Origin: Saccostrea echinata
Lineage: Eukaryota
DNA: 64,000 nucleotides
Reading direction: 5' to 3'
Assembly: GCF_033153115.1 (NCBI RefSeq)
Contig: NW_026889750.1
Span: 36,580,001-36,644,000, forward strand
Every line of letters starts with the position of its first letter. Position 1 is the stretch's first letter. Below, one piece after another: positions 51,201-64,000 of the stretch. The notes below the pieces were generated by a model. It saw nothing but the letters and a program-made list of their open reading frames with translations. It did not search any database and had not been told where the DNA came from. Both the position numbers and the translations under genes were made by a program.

Positions 51201-54200
51201 ATGATATCAAACTGTCCATCACAGATAGGGAAACAGCCCCAGCCCACCACACGGTCAGTCGCCACGACAGCACCTCTCAGCAGAAACAACTCAAACATCA
51301 GGATCATTCCGGGTCTCAGAGAGGCTTTGGCTGGTAGAACAGTAAACACACTCTGGTCCATCTATCAAGACAATTATAAATCTTTTTACCATGTCTAAAT
51401 TATCCAGTGCATTCAATATTTCTTCTGTTGAACTTATGATGAAAATATGGTTTATGTTCATTTTTACTACAAGTATTTTTTTTTACATTTATTAGAAGTT
51501 GTAAGTAAATTAGATAATGAATTTGCAAATTTTTTTCTAAGAATAGTTTAAAGAAAACTGACTTTCATTTCCACATTGTAATATCTGCCATCATGGTTTA
51601 CAGGCAATGTTGCTGCACCCCAAGTTTGACCTTTCAACTTTGACCACCTCATGTTGTGGCCTCCAAGACGATTGTACAGGGACACCATCATGACATATCT
51701 TCCCCCTGTATTAATAAGAAAACAATGAAATTAAATTCATTCCTTTGTTCCAAATTCCTTCTATGTGATTACCAAGAACCCTCCATGAAAAACGTTATCA
51801 GCAACATGTCTTGCTTCTATTCAACTTCTAGTTTGCCTTCCATCATTGTTTCAAACAGGTAGAGTAACAACTTGTTAAAATTGCTAAAATTAAAAAGATT
51901 CTTTTCAATAATTTAAATCTTCTTCATGTTTTTATATTTAAAATAACCACTAATCCATCGGTTGATTATGACCTGGAAGTTTGTCCCTGACCCCTCTCAG
52001 ACACATAAGCTTGATCTGGATTGGTTGTGGTGTTTTGTTCCAGTCGACCTTCCATCTCCGGCTCTGACTTCCTCCATACACCCCATCAGCCAACATCAGG
52101 TCCCCATAAAATGTCTGGACCTCCCCCTTCCTCCTCTCCAGGACGCTGATCAGCTGACTCTCAGCTCGTCTGTAGGCTCGATGGAGACGGTCCATTAGCA
52201 GTTTCTCTCTCTGTCTCAAGATCTCCTAAAAAAAAGATGTGTGTGGGAGAAAACCATAATATTTTGATTTACCTTTGAGAAACTTACTGCTCTAGGAAGT
52301 TTATGAAAATTTCATATCAATATCATCTGGTACTACAAGAAAACATAATGGAGTGTTTTGCTAACCTCTCTCTTGGCTATGTCTGTCCTGCTGTCCTTAG
52401 TCACTTTAGCCATCCTTTGTTTGGCTTCCTCCTCGCGTCTGAGAATCTCTTCCTGAAGTTTTCTCTTTCTTTCAGCTTCCTGATCTAAGTATCTAGACAA
52501 AGTAAGACAAAGTCAGTCATATTTCTCAGCTTCTTAGGCTTGGCATTTAGCCAGTCGGAGTGACATGACTTACTATGTGCTATGTCATATGAATCTCATG
52601 TGAATGTGAATCTCATAATAAGATAACTTATAGTATATGAATCAGAACAGTGAAATGACTTACTGTATTTGAATCTCATAATGAGATAACTTACTGTATG
52701 TGCTAGCTTATAGTGAGATAATTTACTGTTTGTGAACTTCTTAAAGTGAGTTGACTTACTGTATATGTTAACTTGTGTCACAGATAACTTACTGTACATG
52801 TTAACTTGTTGTGTCAGAGATAGCTTACTGTACATGTTAACTTGTTGTGTCAGAGATAACTTACTGTACATGTTAACTTGTTGTGTCAGAGATAACTTAT
52901 GTTAACTTGTTGTGTCACAGATAACTTACTGTACATGTTAACTTGTTGTGTCAGAGATAGCTTACTGTACATGTTAACTTGTGTCACAGATAATTTACTG
53001 TACATGTTAACTTGTAGTGTCAGAGATAGCTTACTGTACATGTTAACTTGTTGTGTCACAGATAACTTACTGTACATGTTAACTTGTTGTGTCAGAGATA
53101 ACTTACTGTACATGTTAACTTGTTGTGTCAGAGATAACTTACTGTACATGTTAACTTGTTGTGTCAGAGATAACTTATGTTAACTTGTTGTGTCACAGAT
53201 AACTTACTGTACATGTTAACTTGTTGTGTCAGAGATAGCTTACTGTACATGTTAACTTGTTGTGTCAGAGATAACTTACTGTACATGTTAACTTGTTGTG
53301 TCAGAGATAGCTTACTGTACATGTTAACTTGTTGTGTCAGAGATAACTTACTGTACATATTAACTTGTTGTGTCAGAGATAGCTTACTGTACATGTTAAC
53401 TTGTTGTGTCACAGATAACTTACTGTACATGTTAACTTGTTGTGTCAGAGATAACTTACTGTACATGTTAACTTGCAGTGTCACAGATAATTTACTGTAC
53501 ATGTTAACTTGTAGTGTCAGAGATAGCTTACTGTACATGTTAACTTGTAGTGTCACAGATAATTTACTGTACATGTTAACATGTAGACTTATAGTTGTAG
53601 TGTTAGAGATAACTTACTGAATGTGCTCATCTCGAAGTCTCTTTTCCTCCTCTTGAACCTCCTCCAGAGAGATTTGACCAAGCATGACCACATCATCCTT
53701 AACTCCTTCTTCAAAGTCATTCAGATAGGCTGGATACTCTTCCTTCTCCATTGCGAGCTTTAATTCTAGCATGAACAATTCATATCATAATATTCATATT
53801 TTGTATTAAAAAATTTCATGTCTGAGAAACATCCAAAATGTACCTCAAAATGTACCTCTTCTATCACAGTATGATGGATATCACATTTTTTTTTCATCAT
53901 TAATCATAAGATATCATTGCAAAAGAAAATCAAGGAAAATTTTTATTCATACTAACATATTTACCTGAGATCTTCTCATATTTGGGAACGTGTTCTTCCC
54001 TGGTGAATAGAGCTGGGGGATCCCTCTTGGTGACAAGGTCTGTCTCCCCCTCCTCTAGACTGTCTATGAGGCGATACAAGTCAGGAAGTGTATCATCTCT
54101 GGGTGGAGGTACTGAAGAAAAGCAAGAGTGACCTCCCTTATTAGCACATCAAAGCTCTACACTCAGTACACAGATTTATTACAAATTTCTATATCCAGAT

Positions 54201-57200
54201 AAAGAAATCACTCCACTGCTTACATTCAAATCACACATTTGAAAAGGAAAAATATTGTGCAGCACTTCAGTGCACTGCAAAATAAACTAGAAAAAGATTC
54301 TCTTTTTGCAATAGTGAATTATAAATCTCAAATTCAAAGTGTGTAAACTGTAGCTGCAAATGCTGTGCAACCATTTCTCAAGTATTTTCAACCATTTTAT
54401 AAGTATTTTTTTCATTGTTTTAAATCTAAGTAAATACAAAACATACAACCTATGGATTGCTCTGCATCATCTGAAAATTCATACATGTATATCTGTATTG
54501 TTTAAATCATTGTACAATAAAAATACTTCAGAATTAATCCATTGACATTAGGATTAATCTAATTTTTTTATAGACCAAGATATATATTAATCCTGCCTCC
54601 AATAAAAATCTTGAAATTTCATTGGTCAAGATTATGCATGTACTTTAAAACAATATCATGCCCCTCCGTGTGATCTACTGACCCGCTATCAAATTCCATA
54701 TACAGTTAAACTTCATTATCTCGAACACCAATATCTTGAGTACTATGGATAAGTCAAAGTAATTTTGCAGTCCCAACGACCTATTATAAAAGTATTTACA
54801 TACTACCCCACTATGTGTCCACATACGTAATATTATCCTGCTACAGATACATTTGTAGAATAATTATTGGCTAATCACAGATCACATTACAACCTGAATT
54901 TTTTTTATACACCAGGGGTGGATTAAATATCAGGCATAAGACTCAGTTCTGCCTCACCATTTTACACTCTGGATGACTCCATATTAGGTCCCAAACTAAC
55001 TGTGTAATGAATAGCAGATAAAACCTAACACAAAACTAAAATTCAAATCAAATACAATCCCAACAAAAAACAGAAAAATATGACATTGTATTAATGTGCA
55101 AAAATTGTCATACAGATTGATTTGAAAAATGAAACTAGAAGCAAAAATTAATTAACTATAGGAAGAAACTATGCATTAGCTGGTGAATTTTTAAAATCCA
55201 GTTGTTTACAAAAACTGCACTTTCATTAGCAATTGAGTAAAATATCTTACTCAACAATTAAACATTTCTTCTGCTTTCACTTTTACACTACAATGTTTTT
55301 TTTTAATTTGGGGGAAAGGGGGGGGGGGGGGCGTAAGTGTTTGCTTTTTGTCTGCCTGTTTGTTTATCTTTTAAAGGGGTGTTCACCTCCTCTGACTTCT
55401 TGTGTTGACTGCATTAATAACTGATGTACATGTATTAAGTCACATTTATGATCTCCTTGTGCTTACCATACTGAATTTCCTCCTCTTCTTCTGTGGTATC
55501 AAGTGTCATGAACTCCATAGTTTCCTTAGTTTTTACTGAGGTCTGAAAAGAAACAGTGAACACCTTAGTTATTTCTTCATATCATACAGACATATATTGT
55601 TCTTAGACAACTTTTATGATTGCAAATTTATCCTAACTATAAATAACACAAAGTAGACTACAACAAAATAGTACCTAGTCTGTCTAATCTAGTACATCTA
55701 ACAATGATGTGCATTGAAATGGTAAAATTTTCCTTTTGAATGAAATGTTTTGAGCTTTCTTTTGAATGTTGGTTGTTACATAATGAAAAGCCCATTTCTT
55801 CAGAAAGGAGAAAATGGTATATTGTAGGGAGAGTGGATGGGAAAATGTCAGTCTGTACTGAGAGAGAAAGAGCCCTCAATTGTTGTAAATTTTCTCACAT
55901 GCTTCATATAAATACAACAGCCAATCAGACTGGCAGTCTACATATTAAACACTGGGTAAACATGTGTTCAATCAATACCCATGTTGTTATAACTTCAATA
56001 AACATGACAAATACTTATATGTAATAATGTATATATTTGTTGCAATATATGTACTTGAGTTTTACAGAAACAGGGATCGAGTCTCTCACTCTCTCCCCCA
56101 ACTTCCTAAAATCCCCATTTCAGCAAAACTGACATTGCTAATCTCAGAGAGTGGGGTGTACATCTTAAAACACTGCGACGAATATTGGTTTCTCAATTCT
56201 AAAGAAATGGGTGTGTCATTAATAATATTATGTAACAACTGACATTCGATAAGAAAGACCCAAATGATCCATTCAAACAAAAAATTTTCTACTTCAATGT
56301 CCATCATATTGTACCAGGATTGATTACAAATACTGATATGATTACTTAAAGGTCAAGTTTGATGAAATGTAAAATTACATGTAAATGATTAACCAGTTCT
56401 AATTAATTACATTATATGAATAATAGTACCTGTACTGTAGATGTTTTTGTTGATACCTCTCCATTTTGCTCATCCTTCATAACATCTAAGGTGAAGGAAA
56501 AAAGTATGCATCATCAAAACAAATCATACTTAGTATGAATCCAATCCTATTATCAGATTTATATTTAATTACATGGAGAAATCTAATAATTGGTGAAAAT
56601 GTAAAATGTAACATCTAATAGGTATTCCATCTTTTTACAATTTTTCAAGTGCACATGAAAACAAAAACAAAACAAAGCTAATTGAAAAGAGAAAAATATT
56701 CAATGTCTGGCTACAGTATCATGAAATACTTAAGACTTCATCTTTTAAATTAAATTAAGATATAATTAATTTATCATAAACGATACACATGTATATACCT
56801 GTCTTTGAGTCTGATTTGTTATCTTCTGTTATCACTGTTTCTCTATTTTCTTCCTCCTCTGTGGGAATTTTTGTTCTTACTTTCTTTCCTATAAAATTTT
56901 GAATACACAAAAATATATAACAAAAAAACAAAATGAAATCAACTACGACTTTTGTGTGTTACTGTGGATGTAAATTTAGATTAGTCTGGAATTTTGCAAT
57001 GCTAGGTATCATCAAAGTGCAAAATAAAAGTATGAAACTTTTGCATAAATACCTTTTTTGTGGGGTAACTTGGGTTTTTCTGCCATATTGGGAACTTGAC
57101 TACATGAAAGCAAAAATATGCAGCTTAATTATTTTATCATATTCCAAATGACTTTTATTGTCCTTTATATAAACATGAAAAAAAAGAAAACAATATTTAC

Positions 57201-57283
57201 AAGTTATGAAAAGTGTTCTGTAAGTGCTTATTCGAAATATTCTATTTACCTTTAGTTGCTCGCACCTGTCAAGCGGTCGCCAT
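45221..57283 (-). CDS. OFCC1: OFCC1/ojoplano-like transmembrane protein, 22 exons (~1017-1060 aa depending on start)
   Basis: Exons: 57283-57250, 56888-56799, 56485-56430, 55542-55467, 54111-53965, 53765-53618, 52492-52366, 52225-51973, 51705-51563, 51361-51192, 50409-50278, 49904-49755, 49581-49470, 49367-49185, 48961-48822, 48583-48365, 47579-47327, 47025-46862, 46543-46348, 46173-46012, 45551-45441, 45337-45221. All GT-AG and phase-consistent (3183 nt). Motifs PQPIQIKLMCLRGVRDKLP, VSLYNRLGG, DRVVGWGCFP, DHWLCNMYF, a TM cluster and LYRHFLRLPDGA, recalled as OFCC1-family. In-frame TGA at codon 5; next ATG at 56480. Confidence 0.8.
52560..53617. repeat. 36-bp intronic minisatellite (gataacttactgtacatgttaacttgttgtgtcaga) ~23 clean units plus degenerate edge
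   Basis: Fills most of the intron between exons 53765-53618 and 52492-52366. Confidence 0.95.
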
Positions 57284-57320
57284 TTGTAAACAATATGGGG
57301 TGTAGGGTGACGTCATTTCT
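57278..57320 (-). promoter_or_regulatory. Promoter-proximal motifs of the OFCC1-like gene
   Basis: Perfect CRE palindrome TGACGTCA (57308-57315), forkhead-like TGTAAACA (57285-57292) and YY1-like AAATGGCG over the first ATG. Motif matches only. Confidence 0.5.
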
Positions 57321-57584
57321 ACGGTAGGTAACTCTGAAAGAACAAAGTCGGCAATTTTATTAATTATAGGAAATGGATACTTCGTTGATAACACTAATGT
57401 ATATAGTGAACACAGCACCGACCTCTCTTGCTCTTTGAATTAACATAAAAGGTATTTTTGTCTCATTTGAATTTTATCAATTATTGACAATTTAGTCTAG
57501 GCCTACCTGACCATAAAAAACTATTGGAGTGCTTTATCATACATTTACGGAAGCGTATTAGGGCCGCAGCAGTATTTTTTATTA

Positions 57585-57668
57585 ATTTGTTTACAAATTA
57601 TTTTTTTGTTATAACAAATTACTAATCTGTTGTAACAAATTACTAATTTGTTATAACAAATTACTAAT
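57585..57668. repeat. ~21-bp tandem repeat (ttgttataacaaattactaat) x4
   Basis: Directly visible. Resembles 41280-41445. Confidence 0.75.
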
Positions 57669-58200
57669 TATATAGGCGAAAAATCAGAACATTCCAAAAG
57701 AATATGGTGTATAGTTATTGCACAATCGCAAGATAGACATTCAGGTTGACGTTCTTTGTCTAGAAGATATGAATGAGTAAATCTTGAATGTCGAATTCGT
57801 ATTCTTGAAATAATGACTTCGTCCTGACGTTTCAGGCCGAAATCAGATGATTGATTAACTTTGTGTTGTATTGCATACAATTTATTATGATCACAAAAAT
57901 CCCAAATTATCTGCCAGAGAGAATTTACATAAAGTTTTACTAAATACTTTAGATCGGTGTAAGGAATTCGAAAAGAAACAATATCATATTGAAGAGCAGT
58001 ATTTGCAGAACTATCGGCATTGTTATTACCCGGAATACCAATATGACTCGGAATCTAACAAAATTCGACTTCTTTACCTTGTTGAGTCAGATGATAGAAC
58101 TTAGTTAATATATCCAAAATGTAAGGGTGATCTGTGTTCATATGTACTCTAAGCATGAGAGCGAGTCTGAAAATATTGTAAACGATTTTTCACTAGAAGT
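57668..58200 (-). mobile_element. I/Nimb-clade LINE ORF2 3' relic (RNase H + C-terminal zinc knuckle)
   Basis: FC*IPSHIGIPGNNNAD (RNase H WIPSH.GI.GNE.AD) followed by RQDEVIISRIRIRHSRFTHSYLL...PECLSC...TIHHILLEC. Confidence 0.82.
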
Positions 58201-58550
58201 TTTTACTGATATATTCAAAAGGTAGACCTAACGTCATAAATTAATATCACAATTTTAATTTGGAAGAGACACTCTTGGCCATCATTACCATGCACTTAAG
58301 TTTCTCTGCTTAATATCCAGGAGCAGAGAAGATTTTAAAAGAATGAATGTATGGGCTTCGGAACCGGGGGGGGGGGGGGGGGGGGCTTAGCCCCCAACTT
58401 TTTTGCAAAGATAGACATAATATAGGCATTGAAAATTGGGCTTACCTTTTTTTGTTGGTAGCCCCCCACTTTCAATTAGCCCCTACCCCCACTTTCAATG
58501 GTTTTTTTTTTTTTTTTTTTTTTTTTTTGGTTTTCGTTTTTTTTTTTAAG

Positions 58551-58866
58551 AACAAGATGTGTTTGTGAAACACTGATGCCCCCGTATGGCAATTTATATC
58601 AAAGGTTAAACTTTCTCAAATGCAAATCAAATATGTTGGTATCCAAAGTAAGGTTTTGTCTGGAGGAATATACCTGTGAAATATGAAAGCCCCAGCAGCA
58701 ACCATTAAATAGATATGGAAAAGGTTAACGTTTTTTCAAAAGTATGTCAAACATCAAGGTCAAGGTCAAATGGTCAAAATTAATGGTGCCCAAGGAAAAG
58801 CCTTCTCCCAAGAAATACACAGGTGAAATATGAAAGCCAAAGCACCAATCATTCAAAAGTTATGAT

Positions 58867-58897
<31 letters not shown>

Positions 58898-59390
58898 CTC
58901 CAAGGTCAAAGTGTCAAAGTTGTTGGTATTTAAAAGAAGGTCTTGTCACAAGGATTACACATGTGAAATATGAAAGCCCTAACACCAACCGTTCAAAAGT
59001 TATGGCCAAGGTTAAAGTTTTTCAAAAGTAGGTCAAACTCCTAGGTCAAGGTCAAAGGGTCAAAGTTGTTGGTATCCAAAGGAAGGTCTTGTCACAAGGA
59101 TCACACATGTGAAATATGAAAGCCCTAGCACTAACCGTTCAAAAGTTATGGCCAAGGTTAAAGTTTGGTAAAATTTTGCAAAACTGGGTCAAACTCCAAG
59201 GTCAAAAGGTCAAATATGGTGGTACCCAAAGAAAGGTCTTGTCACAAGGAATACACATGTGAAATGTGAAAGCCATAGCTCCAACCAATCAAAAGTTATG
59301 GGCAAGGTTAAAGTTTTTGCGGACAAACAAACAGACGGACGGACAGGGCAAAAACTATATACCCCGAATCTTCGATACGGGGGCATAAAA
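58551..59390 (-). mobile_element. Complete HINE/pearl-like element, second family
   Basis: On the minus strand: ttttatgcccccg head with stem-loop, (GTCC/GTCT)n, ~4-5 central units and tail cgggggcatcagtgtttcacaaacacatcttgtt. Confidence 0.85.
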
Positions 59391-61223
59391 AATAAACGAT
59401 CTTGTAGGTATATAGTATTGGATGGGATCGTTTCCCCAAGCACCAGAGTAGAATGAGTGAATATTAAATCCAAAGGAATCCAATTTTAAAAGGACGGTAA
59501 GTTCTCTAACTTGGTGGAGTGCACACAGGATTCGGAGTTATCTCTGACTGTATTCACCAAGCCTGTTCAAAATAACTAAGACAAATGTGCACAATTAAAG
59601 GATCGTTAAGCCACTACACTGACTCAGACATTCTAAAACCACTTCATCTGCGAATACGTACAAGAAAGAATTAAGATACTTATATCTATCATCTCCATCA
59701 TTCGTCATTAGTCAACGGTTTCTCAAAATCATGTGCAGACATAAAGGAAACGAGTATAAGGGGGTACTTCAAGTACTCTGGTAAACTTTCCCTGTACAAA
59801 ATTTCATGAATTAATTAAAGTATTTTAACTAATTGTGATACTTCCTGTCATAAAAGAAAAGGAAAAAAGTGTACATGTATTTCATCTAGAGGGATGGAAC
59901 CAAGATTTTTTTTTTCTAAAAGGAATTAAGGGAGTTCATTTCCATAGAAAGGAAAATCCACCCGAAAAAAAAAAATGTACAGGAAAAAAAACCCTAGGGT
60001 TCCTGTCAATCACCTGTCAGTGATCAAGTCTTATGATTTTTTAACTTAATTTCAATTTGACTTGTTTTAGCGTATATTTGAATGATCATAAGGAACACCA
60101 TCTAGTTTAATCAAATATGCTGTAGCAAATCACTTTCACACACATAATCACACTCTTTCATACACGCACTTAAACTTCACCCTAGACACTGTACAATATG
60201 GAACAATGATTTCGCTGTACGTGCAGAATTTTTAGTTCAAAGTAACCAAGAAAAGAAAGAAGATCTAGGTGTCAAATACAGACAAAGCATACTTCCAATT
60301 CAGGCGTTTTACCCTTTGGTTAGATATATCTGATGTAGGTAATGGTTTGTTCAAGCAAATTAAGGTTGAGAAGTCAGACACTTGAGCCACGTTTAACCTT
60401 AACAAAAAGACAAGCTTTTCCACTCGGCTTTTATGTAGAGTTTATATATACTTAAAGAAAATCTTGATAACATACGTGACATTTAAAGAGACCCAGATAA
60501 ATCTCCCTGTGGTTGGGCCCCACAAACAAAAATAATCTTTGGTCAAAAGCTGGAGTGTGTGTTTTTCTACTTCCTGGTTTCTTAACCATTAAATGCAGGT
60601 AGTTGTTCTTATGAGATGAAAAGGATAACGACGTGATATTGTCACCAGCCCGGCAGCTGATTGAAACAGAAAATAATAGCCGAATATCAAGGAAACGATG
60701 AGGAATTTTATCCATTTAGTGATTATAACGGTTGTGATTGTAATACAGGTAGGACATTACGGGCTATTTATAAAATATTACGTTGTTTCCTCCGAGTCAA
60801 CAGGTGTCTGTTTAAGAATTTGTTAGAATACATGCAAATCGGTGTTAAGAAATCAGTCAGTAAATATGAACTATATACATACACAAGTACATGTAATGAT
60901 AGTTTAAATGGAGCGTCACTGGGTTGTATTCAGTATTTTTGATACATGTAGTGGGTTGAGTTTGGGTTATTAACGACTTCACTCTCAGGAAAACGACTTA
61001 TCATATCATTTTAAACAAAATAGCACAAGATAAGTGAAGTGAATTCAAAATTTTGCCGGGCAAGGGAGTCTTATAGACTGTTTGACCTTCAACCTCAACC
61101 AGGCACAACTTTTTTGAAGCTTCTATAGGTGTTCATAACATTTTAAAGAAAAATATACTTAGTATATCTGTTTTGTTTTCATTGATGATGACAAGGATTT
61201 ACTAGTTGACACTCTATGGTAAG

Positions 61224-61296
61224 CTGGGGAAGAATCTCTGCCAATGTAACGTCATGTACCTGGGGAAGAACCTCTGCCAATGTAACGTCATGTACC
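61224..61296. repeat. 36-bp tandem duplication x2
   Basis: ctggggaagaa(t/c)ctctgccaatgtaacgtcatgtac twice. Confidence 0.85.
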
Positions 61297-64000
61297 TTTT
61301 TTATAGGTTTGAAAATGATAACGCGGAGGAGGGGGGGCATATCCCCATCTAAACCCGCCATTAAATTACAAATATTTACGTTGAAATCTTTTCATGCGTA
61401 CATTTAATTAAATGAATAAACAGTTGCTTGTTGGGGGAGGGGGGTATAATACATGTACCTCACCATAACTGTCTTCGTGTATATGTACGAAAGATGATAC
61501 TATATTTGGGTATGAGGTGCGACTAGAAAAACGCCCTGCCGTCTTTGGCAAGAAAATAAAATTCTCACCCATATAGTCACATTTTAATCCTCAGATTTTC
61601 TGACCTATTAAAAAATTTATAGATGGATTTTTTTATCTATGATCTATTCATATATAATATTAATGTCACACACAGAATTAAGCCACAAGCCCAAATGTTT
61701 CGTCACAGCCAACACCATTGTTTAAAAAAATATTTTGTTCAAGATGAGATGAAATTGAGTTATAGTAAAGATGTCGAAAGCTTGCAAAATTCCGTTGTCC
61801 CATTAAAAAAAATATAGTACAAAAATGGAAAGCATTGGATTTATACGACACACTCTGTTAATTCGACCCACTTCAGCATCTGTGTATTGACCTATACCTT
61901 GATGATGAAATAAAATTCCAATTGACTTCCTTGTCAAATTAACATTTTTGTTTCTTTGACCATGAGAATGTTCATCAAATTAATACATGTACATGTATAT
62001 GAGTTTTGTTTATTCTGTCTAAAACATCGAATCAAGTTTACTATACACGTACATGTACCAATGTGCACAGGTAAGTAAATTTCATTTATTCTGCCACGAT
62101 GGGACTGAAGCCACATTTCTTTGTTCAGTTACACAATGGACCAAGATTTCTTCATCACGTTTGTTTGTCCTTTGAGACATATCATTAGAACAACCCACTC
62201 GAAGAGACCCTCGGAATAGTCCAATTGGCATCCTGGATAAGATGTAATATAATACTGCCGTTAATAAGCTCGTACTTTTAAGTTTTCAAAGTTTATGTAA
62301 AGTGATGCTTGGATAATCTTTTCAAACATATTATATTTACAGTGGGTCTAATTTGTAGAGTAAAATCTACGTGCAAAATACTTAACACGATTCAAAGTCA
62401 TGCAGCATGTTTTAAACGTTTGAGGTTTTATTGAATTAGTTAAAAGTGCATATTTTGAAATGTTTATTGATATATGTAAAGAAATCTCATCTTCGAAATT
62501 TGTGGTAGTTTAGGTTAGATTTAGTTACTTGATAATGCTTGCATGGGGAATATACTTACAATACAAGTACAATGAATAAGTTTATAAAGTTGAACGATAC
62601 AGATGATACGTAGTATGTTATTTCACTCCAAACTTCCTTCCCCGCTCCCCTGTACTAAGTAGCTGCATGTGCTGTTTTTCTTATGTTAAGTTTGCCTTAA
62701 ATGATAATCCAGGAAGACCGATGACACAACATATTTATATATATAAATTCTGTACAGGATGACTTTAATTTAAGTTTTCCGGAATCTACTAGGAATTTCT
62801 TGAATGGGTTATTCCAGTGAGGTCGGAGACGAAAACCAGTATACTTTCTATCATGTCCAACGCATTTTTCATTACTAAACAATTACTTTTAAGTTTGTAC
62901 AATGGGGTTTTCCGCAACAGTGGCTCAAGGGCCACAGCCGACAAGCATGATGGATAGAATAATCATCGACAGGTACATTGGCGAGCAGCTAGGAGATCGG
63001 ATTGAACGTAGACTTGTATTTGGTCTTATTTTTCTCCATTTCTGGTACACCTTTGCATATATATTTCTTGACATAACTGAATATACCAAATAATAAATTA
63101 TAGCTATTCTTTTCCATTCAGAGCTGCCCCCTACACAATAAAACCCAAATTAAACTCTTTAGCAAAAAACCTACCAACAACAAGACAAAGCAAAATTTCC
63201 TCTTTCTTTTTAGCACGAATGCATTCTCTCCTACCTTAAGCACATTTATTTAAAAAAAAATCCCCTAAATAATACATAGATAAATTGCTTAGAACTTATC
63301 AGTAAAAAAATGTCAATTTATTGTTTGTCTTCGTCTACCTGTTACGACTAGATAAACACATTATCTCATGTCATACGATGTCATAAATTCGATAAACACA
63401 ATCCATTAGGACTGGAGTTAACTTCTATACACTTTCAGCAATATTTGATATCCGATATTTTTTATTCATCTTAATAATAAAATAGCATGTATAGACATAT
63501 TAAACAGATCCTATACATACTGATATTTTTTCTGTAATCACAGATCATACAATTTTTTTTCAATGCATGTAAATGCATTCCATTTTTAATGTTGTTGGAC
63601 TGTACGCCGTCGTTGTCTCTCTTATTACTGTTGTCCGTCTAGTTGTCCGTCTTTCCACTGTTATCAGTCTTGCTAATACTAGTATGTTGTTTGCCATGCC
63701 ACTGTTGTCCGTTTTGCTGTTTGTCTTTCATATGCTATTTGAAGTTATTACTTTTTTAATAACTCAAAATTAACCGAATGAAATCAAAGTATTTGCCACT
63801 GAGCTAAAGATTAAAGCTTGTATAAATATCTTAGGACAAAAATGTTGAAATTACAAAATATCTTTATTCTGGGTAAAAATATGTAAAAATATACATTTTT
63901 TGATTAACAAACACATAGCGTAAAGGCCCATTATACCTTAAAGATACACTTTTATGTCACAACATTTGTATCTTTCCGAGAAATATTTAAGTCCATTTAG

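Noticed and set aside
52596-53620. Repetitive ORFs (MYSKLSLTQQVN / MLTCCVRDNLLY)
   Set aside because: Artefacts of the 36-bp intronic repeat. The host gene frame hits TAA immediately.
54958-55408. Two candidate micro-exons (22 and 38 nt)
   Set aside because: Together they keep the frame but introduce TAA, and they are not needed for the model.
57269-57271. Selenocysteine codon
   Set aside because: It lies in a low-complexity N-terminus with no redox motif, and I could not identify a SECIS by eye. A SECIS search of the 3' UTR would settle it.

Overview
AT-rich eukaryotic genomic DNA. The repeat families (HINE/pearl-type Helentron derivatives and a V-domain tRNA-SINE) suggest a bivalve mollusc, probably an oyster (inference). 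I can build three protein-coding genes by hand. (1) A single-coding-exon class A GPCR (+, 14249-15298). (2) A 3-coding-exon membrane protein of ~503 aa with Mpo1/DUF962 fatty-acid alpha-dioxygenase-like motifs (-, 35433-33463). (3) A 22-exon OFCC1/ojoplano-like gene (-, 57283-45221) whose junctions are all GT-AG and phase-consistent. The rest is non-autonomous Helitron/Helentron elements, MITEs, Penelope and I/Nimb LINE relics, and satellites, including a 46-bp array invaded by nested transposons. The most unusual observations are: an intron-bearing Mpo1-like gene in an animal; an intronic minisatellite built from copies of the gene's own 5' splice site; an in-frame TGA at codon 5 of the OFCC1-like frame; tandem arrays that start at transposon ends; and an element with IS3EU-type ends carrying an ISL2EU-type transposase relic. 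All family assignments come from motif recognition, not database searches.
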